Source of the DNA: Fastidiosibacter lacustris
GTDB lineage: Bacteria; Pseudomonadota; Gammaproteobacteria; Francisellales; Francisellaceae
Length of the DNA: 29,504 nt
Direction: 5' to 3'
NCBI RefSeq assembly: GCF_003428155.1
Contig: NZ_QLIR01000022.1
Location: 1 to 29,504 of the forward strand
Shown here: positions 8,410 through 18,733 of the stretch, piece after piece
Numbering within the stretch: the stretch's first letter is position 1
Layout of the letters: each line of letters begins with the position of its first letter
Notes under the pieces: model-generated
Databases searched by the model: none
What the model was told of the DNA's origin: nothing
The model's input: the letters and a program-made list of their open reading frames with translations, nothing else
Translations under genes and position numbers: made by a program

Positions 8410-8912
8410 TATAGTCATTCTAAAATAAACCAATCCATAATATATTGATAAGCTTTAATTGGTAGAAACTTTTTATGGAACGGATGTCATACAGTATAGA
8501 TTTGAAAAAGCGTGTCGTTAATTTTGTGCGAGCCGGTGGCTCAAAAGCAGAAGCTTGCAGGCGCTTTTCTATAAGTAAGTGGTGCATTGACCAATGGTGT
8601 AAACGAGACGATTTAGCACCTATTTCACCACCAGGACGTCCTCGCAAAAATTTAGATTGGAAGACTCTAAGAAAAGACATTATGGAAAAGCCTGACAAAG
8701 CTCTGAAGAGAACATGCCAAAGAGCATGGAGTGAGAATAAACGCTATTTGGTATGACTGCAAACAAATGGGAATAGTCATAAAAAACGACTAAATATTGT
8801 GAACGTTGCCATGAAAAGCGCATCAGCTATTTGAAAAAACGAAGAATGTATGGTGACTACGACAACCTAGATCAGCTGATCAAAGGGATGGAAATATATT
8901 GGAATGACTATA
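8410..8912 (+). mobile_element. Internally deleted IS630-family element (MITE-like derivative)
   Basis: Terminal inverted repeats tatagtcattctaaaat (8410-8426) and atattggaatgactata (8896-8912), 15/17 complementary, enclosing a 5' IS630 transposase fragment; compatible with TA target duplication. Confidence 0.7.
8475..8895 (+). pseudogene. IS630-family transposase N-terminal fragment, frameshifted and 3' truncated
   Basis: MSYSIDLKKRVVNFVRAGGSKAEACRRFSISKWCIDQWCKRDDLAPISPPGRPRK, then in another frame KYCERCHEKRISYLKKRRMYGDYDNLDQLIKG; the DDE domain is missing. Confidence 0.85.
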
Positions 8913-9063
8913 GTTGTAAACTAATTGATAAATATTTTGAAGCATACCTTTTTATCTACAAAGTGAGTCTGCACGGTTTTAATTAGTAAAAAAATGGCTA
9001 TACTATGACGCTAGGTTGTTTCCAATAACCTACCTAGATACAAAGGAACTAAGGAAAATCAAT

Positions 9064-10056
9064 ATGATCAAGCATTTGCACTTTTTTATATCTTGCATAA
9101 AATGGTTGCACAGCTCTCTGTTACTGTTTTCGGTTAGATATAGAAAACTAAACCCCCAAAAGAGTAGTGCAAGCCCTTTATTAATAATTGCAGGATTAGT
9201 CTCTCTTTTATTATTAAGCGGCTGTAGCTCTGGTGTGTTAGACCCACAAGGTCCGATTGCACATCATGAATTAAGATTACTTGTATTTGCAACTCTATTG
9301 ATGTTGATTGTTGTACTACCTGTGATTTTTTTAACTTTCTGGTTTGCCTGGCGCTACCGTGCATCCGCAACTAAGTCAAAATATCGCCCTGAGTGGTCGC
9401 ACAGCACAATTCTAGAGATTATCTGGTGGACCATTCCGTGCGTTATTATTTTAATTTTGGCGATTGTAACTTGGGTGACAACACACTCACTTAATCCGTA
9501 TAAACCATTAGAGTCTGATAAAGCACCAGTTGAAGTCGAAGTAGTTGCACTTGATTGGAAATGGATGTTTATTTATCCTGAGTATGATATTGCTACGGTG
9601 AATAAACTTGTCATTCCTGTTGGACGTCCAATTAACTTTAGAATCACGTCGGCTGCCCCTATGAACTCTTTCTTTATCCCGCAGCTAGGTGGACAGATTT
9701 ATGCGATGACTGGGATGATTACGAAGTTACATTTATTAGCACAAAATCCAGGTCAATACCGCGGCTTTTCAGCAAACTATACAGGTCTGGGGTTTGCACA
9801 TATGCAGTTTTACGCCGATGTAACTTCTGAGCAAAACTTTAATGACTGGATTGCTGAAGTAAAAACGGATAAGAAAACATTGACATGGGAATATTTCTGG
9901 GATCATTTGATGAAACAATCAATTAACGACCCAGTAACTTATTATGGGCACGTTGATAAAAATCTTTTCAATGAGATCATTATGTATTACATGATACCAA
10001 ACTATAAGCGTGGCATGATGGGGCATATGCACCATATGTCAGAAATGAGTCATTAG
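9064..10056 (+). CDS. cyoA: Cytochrome bo(3) ubiquinol oxidase subunit II
   Basis: Lipoprotein signal ...LLLLSGCSSGVLDPQGPIAHHE, VEVVALDWKWMFIYPEYDIATVNKLVIPVGRPINFRITS; upstream of cyoB. Start moved from 9016 to ATG 9064. Confidence 0.95.
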   Translation: MIKHLHFFISCIKWLHSSLLLFSVRYRKLNPQKSSASPLLIIAGLVSLLLLSGCSSGVLDPQGPIAHHELRLLVFATLLMLIVVLPVIFLTFWFAWRYRASATKSKYRPEWSHSTILEIIWWTIPCVIILILAIVTWVTTHSLNPYKPLESDKAPVEVEVVALDWKWMFIYPEYDIATVNKLVIPVGRPINFRITSAAPMNSFFIPQLGGQIYAMTGMITKLHLLAQNPGQYRGFSANYTGLGFAHMQFYADVTSEQNFNDWIAEVKTDKKTLTWEYFWDHLMKQSINDPVTYYGHVDKNLFNEIIMYYMIPNYKRGMMGHMHHMSEMSH

Positions 10057-10075
10057 TAAGAAATAGGAAAAAAAT

Positions 10076-12106
10076 ATGTTAGAAACGTTAATTGGAAGGC
10101 TCAGTAACCCACATGATGTCTTCCCATATTTGTATGAACCTATCAGCCAGCAATTAATCTTCCTTGGTATGTTTATACTCATTGTCATTGGTGGTGCGGT
10201 AGTATTGGGTGGTGTTACTTACTTCAAGAAATGGGGATACCTTTGGCGTGAATGGTTTACAACTGTAGATCATAAAAAAATTGGAATCATGTATATCATT
10301 GTTGCAATGGTGATGTTATTTCGTGGTTTTATGGATGCAGTGATGATGCGCGCGCAACAAGCTTTAGCATCAGGAGATCATACTGGTTATTTAATCGCTG
10401 AGCACTTCGATCAGATTTTCACTGCACATGGCGTAATCATGATTTTCTTTGTAGCAATGCCACTTATGTTCGGTTTGATGAATATTGTAATACCGTTGCA
10501 AATTGGTGCACGTGATGTAGCATTTCCTTATCTAAACTCTTTAAGCTTTTGGCTTTTTGTTGCTGGTGTTGTTTTAGTTAACATGTCATTATTGATTGGA
10601 GATTTTGCTCACACGGGTTGGTTGGCTTATCCACCATATTCTGAGACTGCCTACAGTCCTGGAGTGGGGGTTGATTATTGGATTTGGGCGTTGCAGATAT
10701 CCGGAATTGGCTCTTTAATGACAGGAGTAAACTTCTTTGTCACCATTATTAAAATGCGCTGCAAGGGCATGACATTAATGAAAATGCCGATCTTTACTTG
10801 GACTTCTCTTTGTTCAGTTGTTCTCATAATTGCTGCTTTCCCTGTGTTAACTGTAACATTAGGGCTTTTGACACTCGATCGTTATTTTGATATGCAGTTC
10901 TTTACCACAAGCGGTGGTGGAGATCAGATGATGTACGTCAACTTGATTTGGATTTGGGGTCATCCTGAGGTTTATATTTTGATCTTACCTGCGTTTGGTA
11001 TTTTCTCTGAAATCACAGCGGTATTTTCAAGAAAATACTTGTTTGGCTATGCAACAATGGTATGGGCAACTGTTGTTATTACCATCCTTTCTTTTTCAGT
11101 ATGGTTACACCATTTCTTTACGATGGGGGCAGGAGCAAATGTCAATGCTTTCTTTGGTATTATGACAATGATTATCTCTATACCAACCGGTGTAAAAATC
11201 TTTAATTGGTTGTTTACCATGTTCCGTGGACGAATTACCTTTACTACACCAATGTATTGGTTAATGGGCTTTTTGGTGACTTTCACAATCGGTGGTATGA
11301 CAGGTGTATTGTTGTCCGTGCCAGGAATTGATTTTCAAATGCACAATAGCGTGTTTTTAATTGCTCATTTCCATAATGTTATTATAGGTGGTGTGGTATT
11401 TGGCTATTTTGCGGGTCTTATCTACTGGTTTCCTAAAATGTTTGGCTTTAAGCTGAATGAGCGCTTAGGAAAGTGGTCATTTTGGTGCTGGATCATCGGT
11501 TTCTTTGTTGCCTTTATGCCATTATATTATTTAGGTGCAATCGGGATGACCAGACGTTTATATCATTATGATGCATCAACTGGTTTCCAACCTTGGCTCA
11601 TTGTCGCTTGGGGTGGTGCAATGCTAATTGCAGTAGGTGTTTTTCTGCAAGTTTTGCAAATCATTGTTAGTATTAAAGATCGTCATAAAAACCGTGACTT
11701 AACAGGTGATCCTTGGGATGGGCGCACACTCGAGTGGGCAACCCCTTCTCCTGCACCATTTTATAATTTTGCATTTGATCCTGTGGTTGACTCACGAGAT
11801 GGTTTCTGGGAACAAAAGCACAAAGGTTTAAATATTGAAAACAGACCTGTATCTGAGAAAAAAGGTTATCAAGATATACATATGCCACGCAACACCGGAG
11901 TTGCTTTTGTAATTAGCTGCTTTGGCTTGGTATTTGGTTTTGCGATGATATGGCATATTTGGTGGTTAGCAGCAGTTGGTTTAATTGGAGTTGTAAGTTC
12001 AATTATTGCACGTTCGTTTAATTATGATATTGACTACTACGTCAAAGCAAAAGAAGTTGAAAAAATTGAAAATGAAATTAAAAAGATGAATAAGGTCGGT
12101 ATATGA
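10076..12106 (+). CDS. cyoB: Cytochrome bo(3) ubiquinol oxidase subunit I
   Basis: 676 aa heme-copper oxidase: [61 protein letters not shown]. Confidence 0.98.
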   Translation: MLETLIGRLSNPHDVFPYLYEPISQQLIFLGMFILIVIGGAVVLGGVTYFKKWGYLWREWFTTVDHKKIGIMYIIVAMVMLFRGFMDAVMMRAQQALASGDHTGYLIAEHFDQIFTAHGVIMIFFVAMPLMFGLMNIVIPLQIGARDVAFPYLNSLSFWLFVAGVVLVNMSLLIGDFAHTGWLAYPPYSETAYSPGVGVDYWIWALQISGIGSLMTGVNFFVTIIKMRCKGMTLMKMPIFTWTSLCSVVLIIAAFPVLTVTLGLLTLDRYFDMQFFTTSGGGDQMMYVNLIWIWGHPEVYILILPAFGIFSEITAVFSRKYLFGYATMVWATVVITILSFSVWLHHFFTMGAGANVNAFFGIMTMIISIPTGVKIFNWLFTMFRGRITFTTPMYWLMGFLVTFTIGGMTGVLLSVPGIDFQMHNSVFLIAHFHNVIIGGVVFGYFAGLIYWFPKMFGFKLNERLGKWSFWCWIIGFFVAFMPLYYLGAIGMTRRLYHYDASTGFQPWLIVAWGGAMLIAVGVFLQVLQIIVSIKDRHKNRDLTGDPWDGRTLEWATPSPAPFYNFAFDPVVDSRDGFWEQKHKGLNIENRPVSEKKGYQDIHMPRNTGVAFVISCFGLVFGFAMIWHIWWLAAVGLIGVVSSIIARSFNYDIDYYVKAKEVEKIENEIKKMNKVGI

Positions 12107-12708
12107 GCGCCACAACTGTAGAAAATCATTATAACGAACACCATCATCACTTTGATGGTTCTAAAAGCGTTTTTGGCTTTTGGATATATATTATGAGTGA
12201 CTGCGTATTGTTTGCGACTTTGTTTGCAGTATACGCAGTTTTTCACACTCATACTTTTGGTGGACCAAGTGCAAAAGAATTATTTAGCCTACCATTTGTC
12301 TTTGTTGAAACGATGCTTCTTTTGATCAGTAGTTTTACTTTTGGTTTGGCGATGTTATCTCGCACAACAGGGAATACAAATACAGTCAATGGTTGGTTAT
12401 GGGTGACTTTCTTCTTAGGTCTAGGGTTTATTGTTATGGAATTTTATGAGTTCCATCATCTTTATATGGAAGGGCATTCGTGGACGCAAAGTGCGTTTCT
12501 ATCTTCATTCTTTACCTTGGTGGGCACGCATGGTTTACACGTAACTATTGGTTTGATCTGGATTTTGAGCATGATTTTTCAAATCCGTAAGCATGGTATT
12601 ACACCGATGAGCAAGACAAAACTTACCTATTTAGGTTTGTTCTGGCATTTTTTGGATATCGTGTGGATTTTCGTATTCTCTATTGTTTACTTGATGGGAG
12701 CAATCTAA
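12103..12708 (+). CDS. cyoC: Cytochrome bo(3) ubiquinol oxidase subunit III
   Basis: [58 protein letters not shown]. Confidence 0.96.
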   Translation: MSATTVENHYNEHHHHFDGSKSVFGFWIYIMSDCVLFATLFAVYAVFHTHTFGGPSAKELFSLPFVFVETMLLLISSFTFGLAMLSRTTGNTNTVNGWLWVTFFLGLGFIVMEFYEFHHLYMEGHSWTQSAFLSSFFTLVGTHGLHVTIGLIWILSMIFQIRKHGITPMSKTKLTYLGLFWHFLDIVWIFVFSIVYLMGAI

Positions 12709-12709
12709 T

Positions 12710-13048
12710 ATGTCTAAAAAACACTTGTACGATCATGATACTGGATCAGCATACGGAACCTATAAAACCTATATCACAGGCTTCTTATTATCCGTAATTA
12801 TTACAATAATTGCTTTTTGTATTGTTGGCTTTAAGACATTTCCACCTATTGGCTTATACATATCTGTTTCCATTTTAGCCTTTATCCAGCTATATGTACA
12901 ACTTGTATTTTTCCTTCACTTAAGTACAGATTCAAAGGCGCGTTGGAACTTAATTAGTTTTGTCTTTGCAGTTATTGTAGTATTAATTTTGGTAATCGGT
13001 ACACTATGGATTATGTTCAACCTTTACAGCATGATGATGGTCATGTAA
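12710..13048 (+). CDS. cyoD: Cytochrome bo(3) ubiquinol oxidase subunit IV
   Basis: GSAYGTYKTYITGFLLSVIITIIAF ... LLIFVF-like core, QLYVQLVFFLHLS; syntenic. Confidence 0.93.
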   Translation: MSKKHLYDHDTGSAYGTYKTYITGFLLSVIITIIAFCIVGFKTFPPIGLYISVSILAFIQLYVQLVFFLHLSTDSKARWNLISFVFAVIVVLILVIGTLWIMFNLYSMMMVM

Positions 13049-13053
13049 ACCTA

Positions 13054-13890
13054 ATGAAGTTCATCAAACTGGTCAAACCCGGTATTATTTTCGGCAATAT
13101 TGTTACCTTGTGTGGTGGCTTTTTTGTTGCAGTACAAGGCAATTTTTCATGGAGCGTATTTTTGAGCGCACTTTTTGGCATGGCATTTATAATCGCTTCT
13201 GGCTGTGTGCTTAATAATTACATCGATCGCGACATTGATCAGTTGATGAAGCGCACCCAAAACAGACCTTCTGCTTGTGGTCTTGTTTCGCTTAAATTTG
13301 CATTAAGCTATGCTTTTATTTTAGGTGCCATTGGCTTTGCTATATTATTGGTTGGGACAAATCTATTAACCATAATTATTGCGGCAATTGGACTTTTTGC
13401 ATATGTTGTGGCATATACTTTATGGTTTAAACGTAATTCCATTTTTGGTACGGTTATCGGTGCAATTTCAGGATCAATACCACCAGTCATAGGTTATACG
13501 GCGATGACAAATCACTTTGACTTGGTTGCGGTTGTGTTGTTTGTCATTTTATTTTGTTGGCAAATACCACACTTTTTTGCAATTGCGATTTACCGCAAAG
13601 ATGATTATGCCGCAGCAAACATTCCAGTATTGCCACTAAAACGTAGCATGCTTTATACCAAAGTCAATATACTGTTGTTTGTACTACTATACGTTTTGGC
13701 AACATTCATGCTCATGATTGTTGCCACAGTACACCTTTTGTATTGTGCTGTTGCAATTATTTTAGGTGCGACTTGGATAATGTTAAGTATTCAAGGTTTT
13801 AAAATGGAGAATCATGAACAGTGGGCACGTAAAATGTTTTTATTCTCTATTATCAGCATTACCCTGCTGAGTATCTTTATGGCAATTTAG
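13054..13890 (+). CDS. cyoE: Protoheme IX farnesyltransferase (heme O synthase)
   Basis: LVKPGIIFGNIVTLCGGFF, NNYIDRDIDQLMKRTQNRP, FCWQIPHFFAIAIYRKDDYAAANIPVLP. ATG 13054 is preferred over the ORF-track start at 13006, which overlaps cyoD. Confidence 0.96.
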   Translation: MKFIKLVKPGIIFGNIVTLCGGFFVAVQGNFSWSVFLSALFGMAFIIASGCVLNNYIDRDIDQLMKRTQNRPSACGLVSLKFALSYAFILGAIGFAILLVGTNLLTIIIAAIGLFAYVVAYTLWFKRNSIFGTVIGAISGSIPPVIGYTAMTNHFDLVAVVLFVILFCWQIPHFFAIAIYRKDDYAAANIPVLPLKRSMLYTKVNILLFVLLYVLATFMLMIVATVHLLYCAVAIILGATWIMLSIQGFKMENHEQWARKMFLFSIISITLLSIFMAI

Positions 13891-13986
13891 CTATCTCTCT
13901 CATATATTAGATAAAATAGACCCCCTTATCTGATCAATTCGGTTTCTTAAGAAAATACCAAGCATATACAAATAAGGAATCTAGCT

Positions 13987-14232
13987 ATGAGTCTTAAACT
14001 ACTTAGCATAGATATTGCAAAGAACATTTTTCAATTACATGGTAATGATAATAGTGGTAAATGTGTATTTAAAAAATGAATACGTCGAGATACATTAACT
14101 ACAACATTTGCTAATTTGCCAAAAGGCACAATCATTATGGAGTCTTGTGGTGGCAATCCACTGGCATAGAAAATTTATGGTTATGGGGCATTAAACGAAC
14201 GTTTACCCTCTATTTTTGAAGATATAATATAA
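13987..14232 (+). pseudogene. IS110-family transposase N-terminal remnant
   Basis: One frame reads MSLKLLSIDIAKNIFQLHGNDNSGKCVFKK*IRRDTLTTTFANLPKGTIIMESCGGNPLA*KIYGYG, the IS110 DEDD N-terminus with two in-frame stops. Confidence 0.82.
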
Positions 14233-14426
14233 ATAATGAGTTGACTTCAATGTCAAGGTTGCCACTTCAAGAATTAGAAGTGATTATACTTTTTAATAAT
14301 CTTAAAATTATCCATTTTTAAAATGAAAATGGATTATATTTATGAACATTTAAATAAAGACCATTGCATTAATGAGCGAATCCATATATGGAATTAACCC
14401 CTATATATGAAGAAAACCACTAAATA

Positions 14427-14458
14427 AAAAAGGGTTGCCAAAACTGTCAACCCTTTTT
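14427..14458 (-). terminator. Rho-independent terminator (bidirectional-looking)
   Basis: aaaaagggttg-ccaaaactgt-caaccctttttag: perfect 11-bp stem with flanking A and T tracts, 20 bp downstream of the csp stop. Confidence 0.88.
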
Positions 14459-14478
14459 AGTTTTCCATATGCTTAAAA

Positions 14479-14685
14479 TTATCTTGTGATTTGCACGTTC
14501 ACTGCTTGTGGACCACGACGTCCGTCTTCAATGTCAAACGTTACACGTTGATCATTTGCCAAGGTTTGCATTCCACCTAAAGCGGTCACATGCACGAACA
14601 AGTCCGCCCCGCCATTATCAGGTTTAATAAAGCCAAAACCTTTAGCTTGGTTAAAAAATTTCACTGCGCCAGTTTGTTGCGACAT
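14479..14685 (-). CDS. Cold-shock protein, CspA family
   Basis: TGAVKFFNQAKGFGFIKPDNGGADLFVHVTAL (RNP1/RNP2), 68 aa. Confidence 0.96.
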   Translation of the reverse strand: MSQQTGAVKFFNQAKGFGFIKPDNGGADLFVHVTALGGMQTLANDQRVTFDIEDGRRGPQAVNVQITR

Positions 14686-14886
14686 AATCCTATACTCTCT
14701 TATTTATTAATTAAACTAAAATCGACTCCATGTATTTAAAAGGTTTTGTGTTTAATAGTCACCTCCTCATCCTGAATGACATTAAGGTGCATAATAAACG
14801 ACAAAAATCAATCAAAGATCAAAAAGTCATGCTCAGTATAACAGCAGTTGTTAAAAATAAAATCGTTTTATCGTGTCAAATGTAAA

Positions 14887-15543
14887 CTATTTTTCAGATA
14901 TGAATTGATGGTAATTTTGATGTGAGATGAAAATTATCCCTTCTCCTTGTTTATAATCAATAAAAACTTCTTCACAGATAGCATGATTACGCGTCCCAAT
15001 TTTATTACTGAATTTAAGCGTTTCATGATCAAGATCAAATGCAAATCCTTTCAAGGTCAACTCATGTAATTCAAACAATGGCACGATTGAAATCATTTTG
15101 CCACGCACCTTTTTAAGGTGCGTTCTAGCTGTTAAAAAATAGGAAATACCATACACATCGATCATAGTCATTTTAATTTGAGCTTTATATGCTAATGCGC
15201 TAGAAATATTTCCGAGATAATGATCCATTTCGCCTCCACCAAAACCAAATATGATCACCTCTTGAAACTGATTGTCAATCAACCACAATAATGCTTTTTC
15301 AAAATCGGTGGTATTTTGATCATAGTATAATTGATATGGCACGTGCGTTTTATGTGCTTGTTCAATAGAATCACCATCACCAATTATGAGTCCAAGCTTC
15401 TTACAAATCGTGCTAGAAACTTTAATCTTATTGAAAGCACCGTCCGCACAATAAATAGGTAGGTCATTATAATAGCGCTTTATATACGATTGACAAAATG
15501 GCAAATTGATTTCACCATTAATAAATAATATTGCTTTCTTCAT
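14887..15543 (-). CDS. Thiamine pyrophosphokinase (thiamine diphosphokinase)
   Basis: MKKAILFINGE, IYCADGAFN, LIIGDGDSI, TDFEKALLWL, GFGGGEMDHYLGNI; start moved from 15615 to Met at 15543. Confidence 0.87.
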   Translation of the reverse strand: MKKAILFINGEINLPFCQSYIKRYYNDLPIYCADGAFNKIKVSSTICKKLGLIIGDGDSIEQAHKTHVPYQLYYDQNTTDFEKALLWLIDNQFQEVIIFGFGGGEMDHYLGNISSALAYKAQIKMTMIDVYGISYFLTARTHLKKVRGKMISIVPLFELHELTLKGFAFDLDHETLKFSNKIGTRNHAICEEVFIDYKQGEGIIFISHQNYHQFISEK

Positions 15544-15689
15544 TGTCTCAATTATCTCAAAAGTTTTATTTTCGCTCGTATAAAAACTCAACCTCTTATA
15601 TTCATCACAAATCATTTTACAGCCTTTCTGGCTTTAAATTTTGCGCGATGGGTATATACTTTTAGCACAAGACATAAATCTTAACCGTT

Positions 15690-16571
15690 ATGCATCAACA
15701 CATTACTACATTTTTACGCTATTTAAAATCACAGCGTAATTATGCTGATCACACACTTTGCGCCTATCAAAATGACTTATTGACGTTTGAACAATTTTTA
15801 GATTCTGCAAATAAATCCCTTGTCGATACACGTAAACAAGACGTCCAATTATGGCTTAAGAAACTCCATAGCCAAGGAATCAGCGCAAAATCCATACAAC
15901 GTAAATTAAGCGCCATTAAATCTTTTTTTCACTATTTTGTTCATGAAGAGATAATTGATCAAAATCCAGCCTATAGCGTCAAGGCACCTAAAGCAGCCAA
16001 AAAACTTCCTAAAACACTTGATGTTGATCAAATGCAAACACTGTTAAATTATCAACCAGACGATAGCCTTGAAATTCGGGATCTTGCTATGCTTGAATGC
16101 GTTTATAGCAGTGGTTTACGCTTAAGTGAACTGATTGCGCTTAGCTTTTTGCAGCTTGATCTATCACGTAGGCTTATTCGTATAATCGGTAAAGGTAATA
16201 AAGAACGAATCGTTCCACTTGGTGAAAAGGCATTACTGGCGCTAAATAGATGGGTTATCGTGCGAGCAACCCTCAACTGTGACCATGACTATATCTTCAC
16301 TACCCTTCAAGGTGTACCAATTAGCGCTAGAAACGTCCAAAAGCGATTTGAAAAATTTGCCAAGCAACATGCTCCAAAACACATTCACCCACACATGTTA
16401 AGGCATGCTTTTGCAAGCCATTTACTAGAATCTTCCAAAGATTTAGTCGCAGTACAAAGTTTACTAGGTCATAGCGATATTTCTACAACTCAGATCTATA
16501 CCCATTTAGATTTTCAACAACTTGCAAACGTTTATGATCAAACCCATCCACGCGCAAAAAGGAAATCTTAA
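15690..16571 (+). CDS. xerC: Tyrosine recombinase XerC
   Basis: SAM-like N-terminal domain; catalytic SGLRLSELIAL, HMLRHAFASHLLESS, LLGHSDISTTQIYTHLDF, C-terminal HPRAKRK. Confidence 0.9.
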   Translation: MHQHITTFLRYLKSQRNYADHTLCAYQNDLLTFEQFLDSANKSLVDTRKQDVQLWLKKLHSQGISAKSIQRKLSAIKSFFHYFVHEEIIDQNPAYSVKAPKAAKKLPKTLDVDQMQTLLNYQPDDSLEIRDLAMLECVYSSGLRLSELIALSFLQLDLSRRLIRIIGKGNKERIVPLGEKALLALNRWVIVRATLNCDHDYIFTTLQGVPISARNVQKRFEKFAKQHAPKHIHPHMLRHAFASHLLESSKDLVAVQSLLGHSDISTTQIYTHLDFQQLANVYDQTHPRAKRKS

Positions 16572-17061
16572 TTATTCGAATCCTGACACTTTGATGGACA
16601 ATGTTAAAAATTGGCAACGATAAACATAAACCAATAAAACTATTGAGTATGTTCCAACCTAGTATAAAATGCTGAGATAAATTGATGATCACCAGTATGA
16701 AATTAACCAAAATAATCAGATATACCCATGTTATCTACAGGAAAGTTCAGAACAGCGGATAAATTTACGATGATCAAGTTGTATATCTCTAAATCAGTTA
16801 AGCTTGAGAATCGTTCAAGTGCTATTCAGGCATTCCAGATGTCATAAGTGGTAAAGCGGACAGAAAAATGTTGTCATATATGGGGTGGATGAGGATAAAA
16901 GTTAATTCTTATAGTCAAACATTATTTATAAATCTTATAATTGCCTTAAAATATGAAAGCGAAGTTGAATATCATTATATCACAGCAGCTGATTTAAGTT
17001 GGCAAGCAGTTAATATTGTGAGTGTTTATATGTATGCGTTAAAGTGACTAGGAGTTGAGTA

Positions 17062-17814
17062 ATGATGAACACAGTTTATTACTTACCAAAGGATAACAAC
17101 TATATTGAAGTACCTCAAAGTATCTACGTTCGTACTTTGAGCACTCAACTTCAAAGTGGATTTTACTTAACTTATATCGATCAAAAACTGACTCTATGCC
17201 ACACCAGCTCTAAGCTCACACTTTGCGTTGATTTTGCGAATGTTGAAATTCAAAATCGCATTAAAACGAATGCTGCTAAGCTTGATTTAGTCAAAGCTGT
17301 TGAAGGCAAGCGTAAAACTCAACTTTCCATCCTTGATATGACAGCAGGCTTAGGACAAGATAGTTTTTGTCTTGCTTCACGCGGTCACCATATCACTGCT
17401 ATCGAGCAAAATCCTTATGTTTTTCTGCTTGTCAATGATGGTTTAATTCGTGCTCAACAAGATATAAAACTACAAGATTCAGCTAGTCGAATTAGACTTT
17501 ATTTTGCAAACGCTATAAATTTTGCCACACTTGATTTATCACATCAAGCTTATGACGTTATCTATCTTGATCCGATGTTTCCTGAACGACTTAAAAGTGC
17601 TAAGGTTAAAAAAAACATGCAATTACTTCATCAACTTGTTGGTATTGATGAGCAAAATAATGATGCTCTTTTTCTTTTTGCGCAAAGCTTCTTTGCAAAA
17701 AAAATTGTCGTTAAGCGCCCACGCTTAGGCGAATTCTTAGTTGGGAAAAGACCCACCAGCCAACTCATAGCAAAAAGTAGTCGTTTTGATATTTATGCAA
17801 GTCATACAACTTAA
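17062..17814 (+). CDS. rsmJ: Class I SAM-dependent methyltransferase, 16S rRNA (guanine1516-N2) methyltransferase type
   Basis: ILDMTAGLGQDSFCLASRGHHITAIEQNP and VIYLDPMFPERLKSAKVKKNMQLLHQL are RsmJ signatures. Confidence 0.9.
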   Translation: MMNTVYYLPKDNNYIEVPQSIYVRTLSTQLQSGFYLTYIDQKLTLCHTSSKLTLCVDFANVEIQNRIKTNAAKLDLVKAVEGKRKTQLSILDMTAGLGQDSFCLASRGHHITAIEQNPYVFLLVNDGLIRAQQDIKLQDSASRIRLYFANAINFATLDLSHQAYDVIYLDPMFPERLKSAKVKKNMQLLHQLVGIDEQNNDALFLFAQSFFAKKIVVKRPRLGEFLVGKRPTSQLIAKSSRFDIYASHTT

Positions 17815-17958
17815 ATCAGATAAAAGCTAAATATAAAAGATTTATCATCTGTTCAATAAAAAGGTTGATCTTAGCTAAGATTGATACTGATCATCTTACT
17901 TTAGTCTTAAACTATAGATATAGCTTTGATCGAGTTTTTGATGGCACATTTTACCCCA

Positions 17959-18306
17959 TCATTGAGATAACTTTAGTCCTATGTTAGGAAATAACATGTC
18001 GTATGATTTTTCGACTCTAGTATGTTGTTCCGTTAATAAATTCTCAATCGTAATACCCAGATAATTGGTTATGGCTAATAAAGTTAATATGGTTGGATTA
18101 CATTTACCGTTGACAATTTTACTCACTGTTCCTGTCGACAGTCCAAGTTCTTTACTCAACTCAACACTATTAACATTCTTTTGATACATGTAAATTTTAA
18201 GGTTCGTTCCAATAATATTTAATTTTTTATAACCATCAATTGCATTCACTTTTAAAGTTTCAATTTTCATATTCACACTCAAGTTCACTTTAACTAACTC
18301 ATACAT
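17959..18306 (-). CDS. XRE/Cro-family helix-turn-helix transcriptional regulator
   Basis: NLKIYMYQKNVNSVELSKELGLSTGTVSKIVNGKCNPTILTLLAITNYLGITIENLL. Confidence 0.85.
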   Translation of the reverse strand: MYELVKVNLSVNMKIETLKVNAIDGYKKLNIIGTNLKIYMYQKNVNSVELSKELGLSTGTVSKIVNGKCNPTILTLLAITNYLGITIENLLTEQHTRVEKSYDMLFPNIGLKLSQ

Positions 18307-18733
18307 AAAAAAATTCTAACTTGAAATAAAAATTTGTGCAACAAAACTATTGCAATAGTATTCAATAATTGATACGCTTGATCGGAGTCATTATTAAGGT
18401 CACCCCCATACCTTAATGCTAAACACCCCTCCCTACATGAAAAGGATTTACTCAACTAGCAAGGAAATGACTCAAGTCCCATTATTACCTGAGAACTCTA
18501 TCTTCTTTAAAGAAGATAAAAGGCATTATGCCTAATTTTTTGGATAACACAAGTTATTTTTTTGAAATTTATGTTTGTACAGGATGTTTTTTCATTTGAG
18601 TAGCTCTTGAATTGGTTTTTGATAAGCGTTAGTAATCATAAGCAGCAGAACTTCTTTTGCTTTAATCAACTAAACTAAATTCCACATTTTTAAATAACGG
18701 CGATACCATTTGCGTAAGGTTAGTCGTGAAATA

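Noticed and set aside
9134-9370. 78-aa minus ORF and other minus ORFs within cyoABCDE (11047-11286, 11673-11888, 12037-12252, 13308-13490)
   Set aside because: Antisense to highly conserved cyo genes.
16483-16710. 75-aa minus-strand ORF at the xerC 3' end
   Set aside because: Overlaps xerC, AT-driven hydrophobic translation, no recognisable family.
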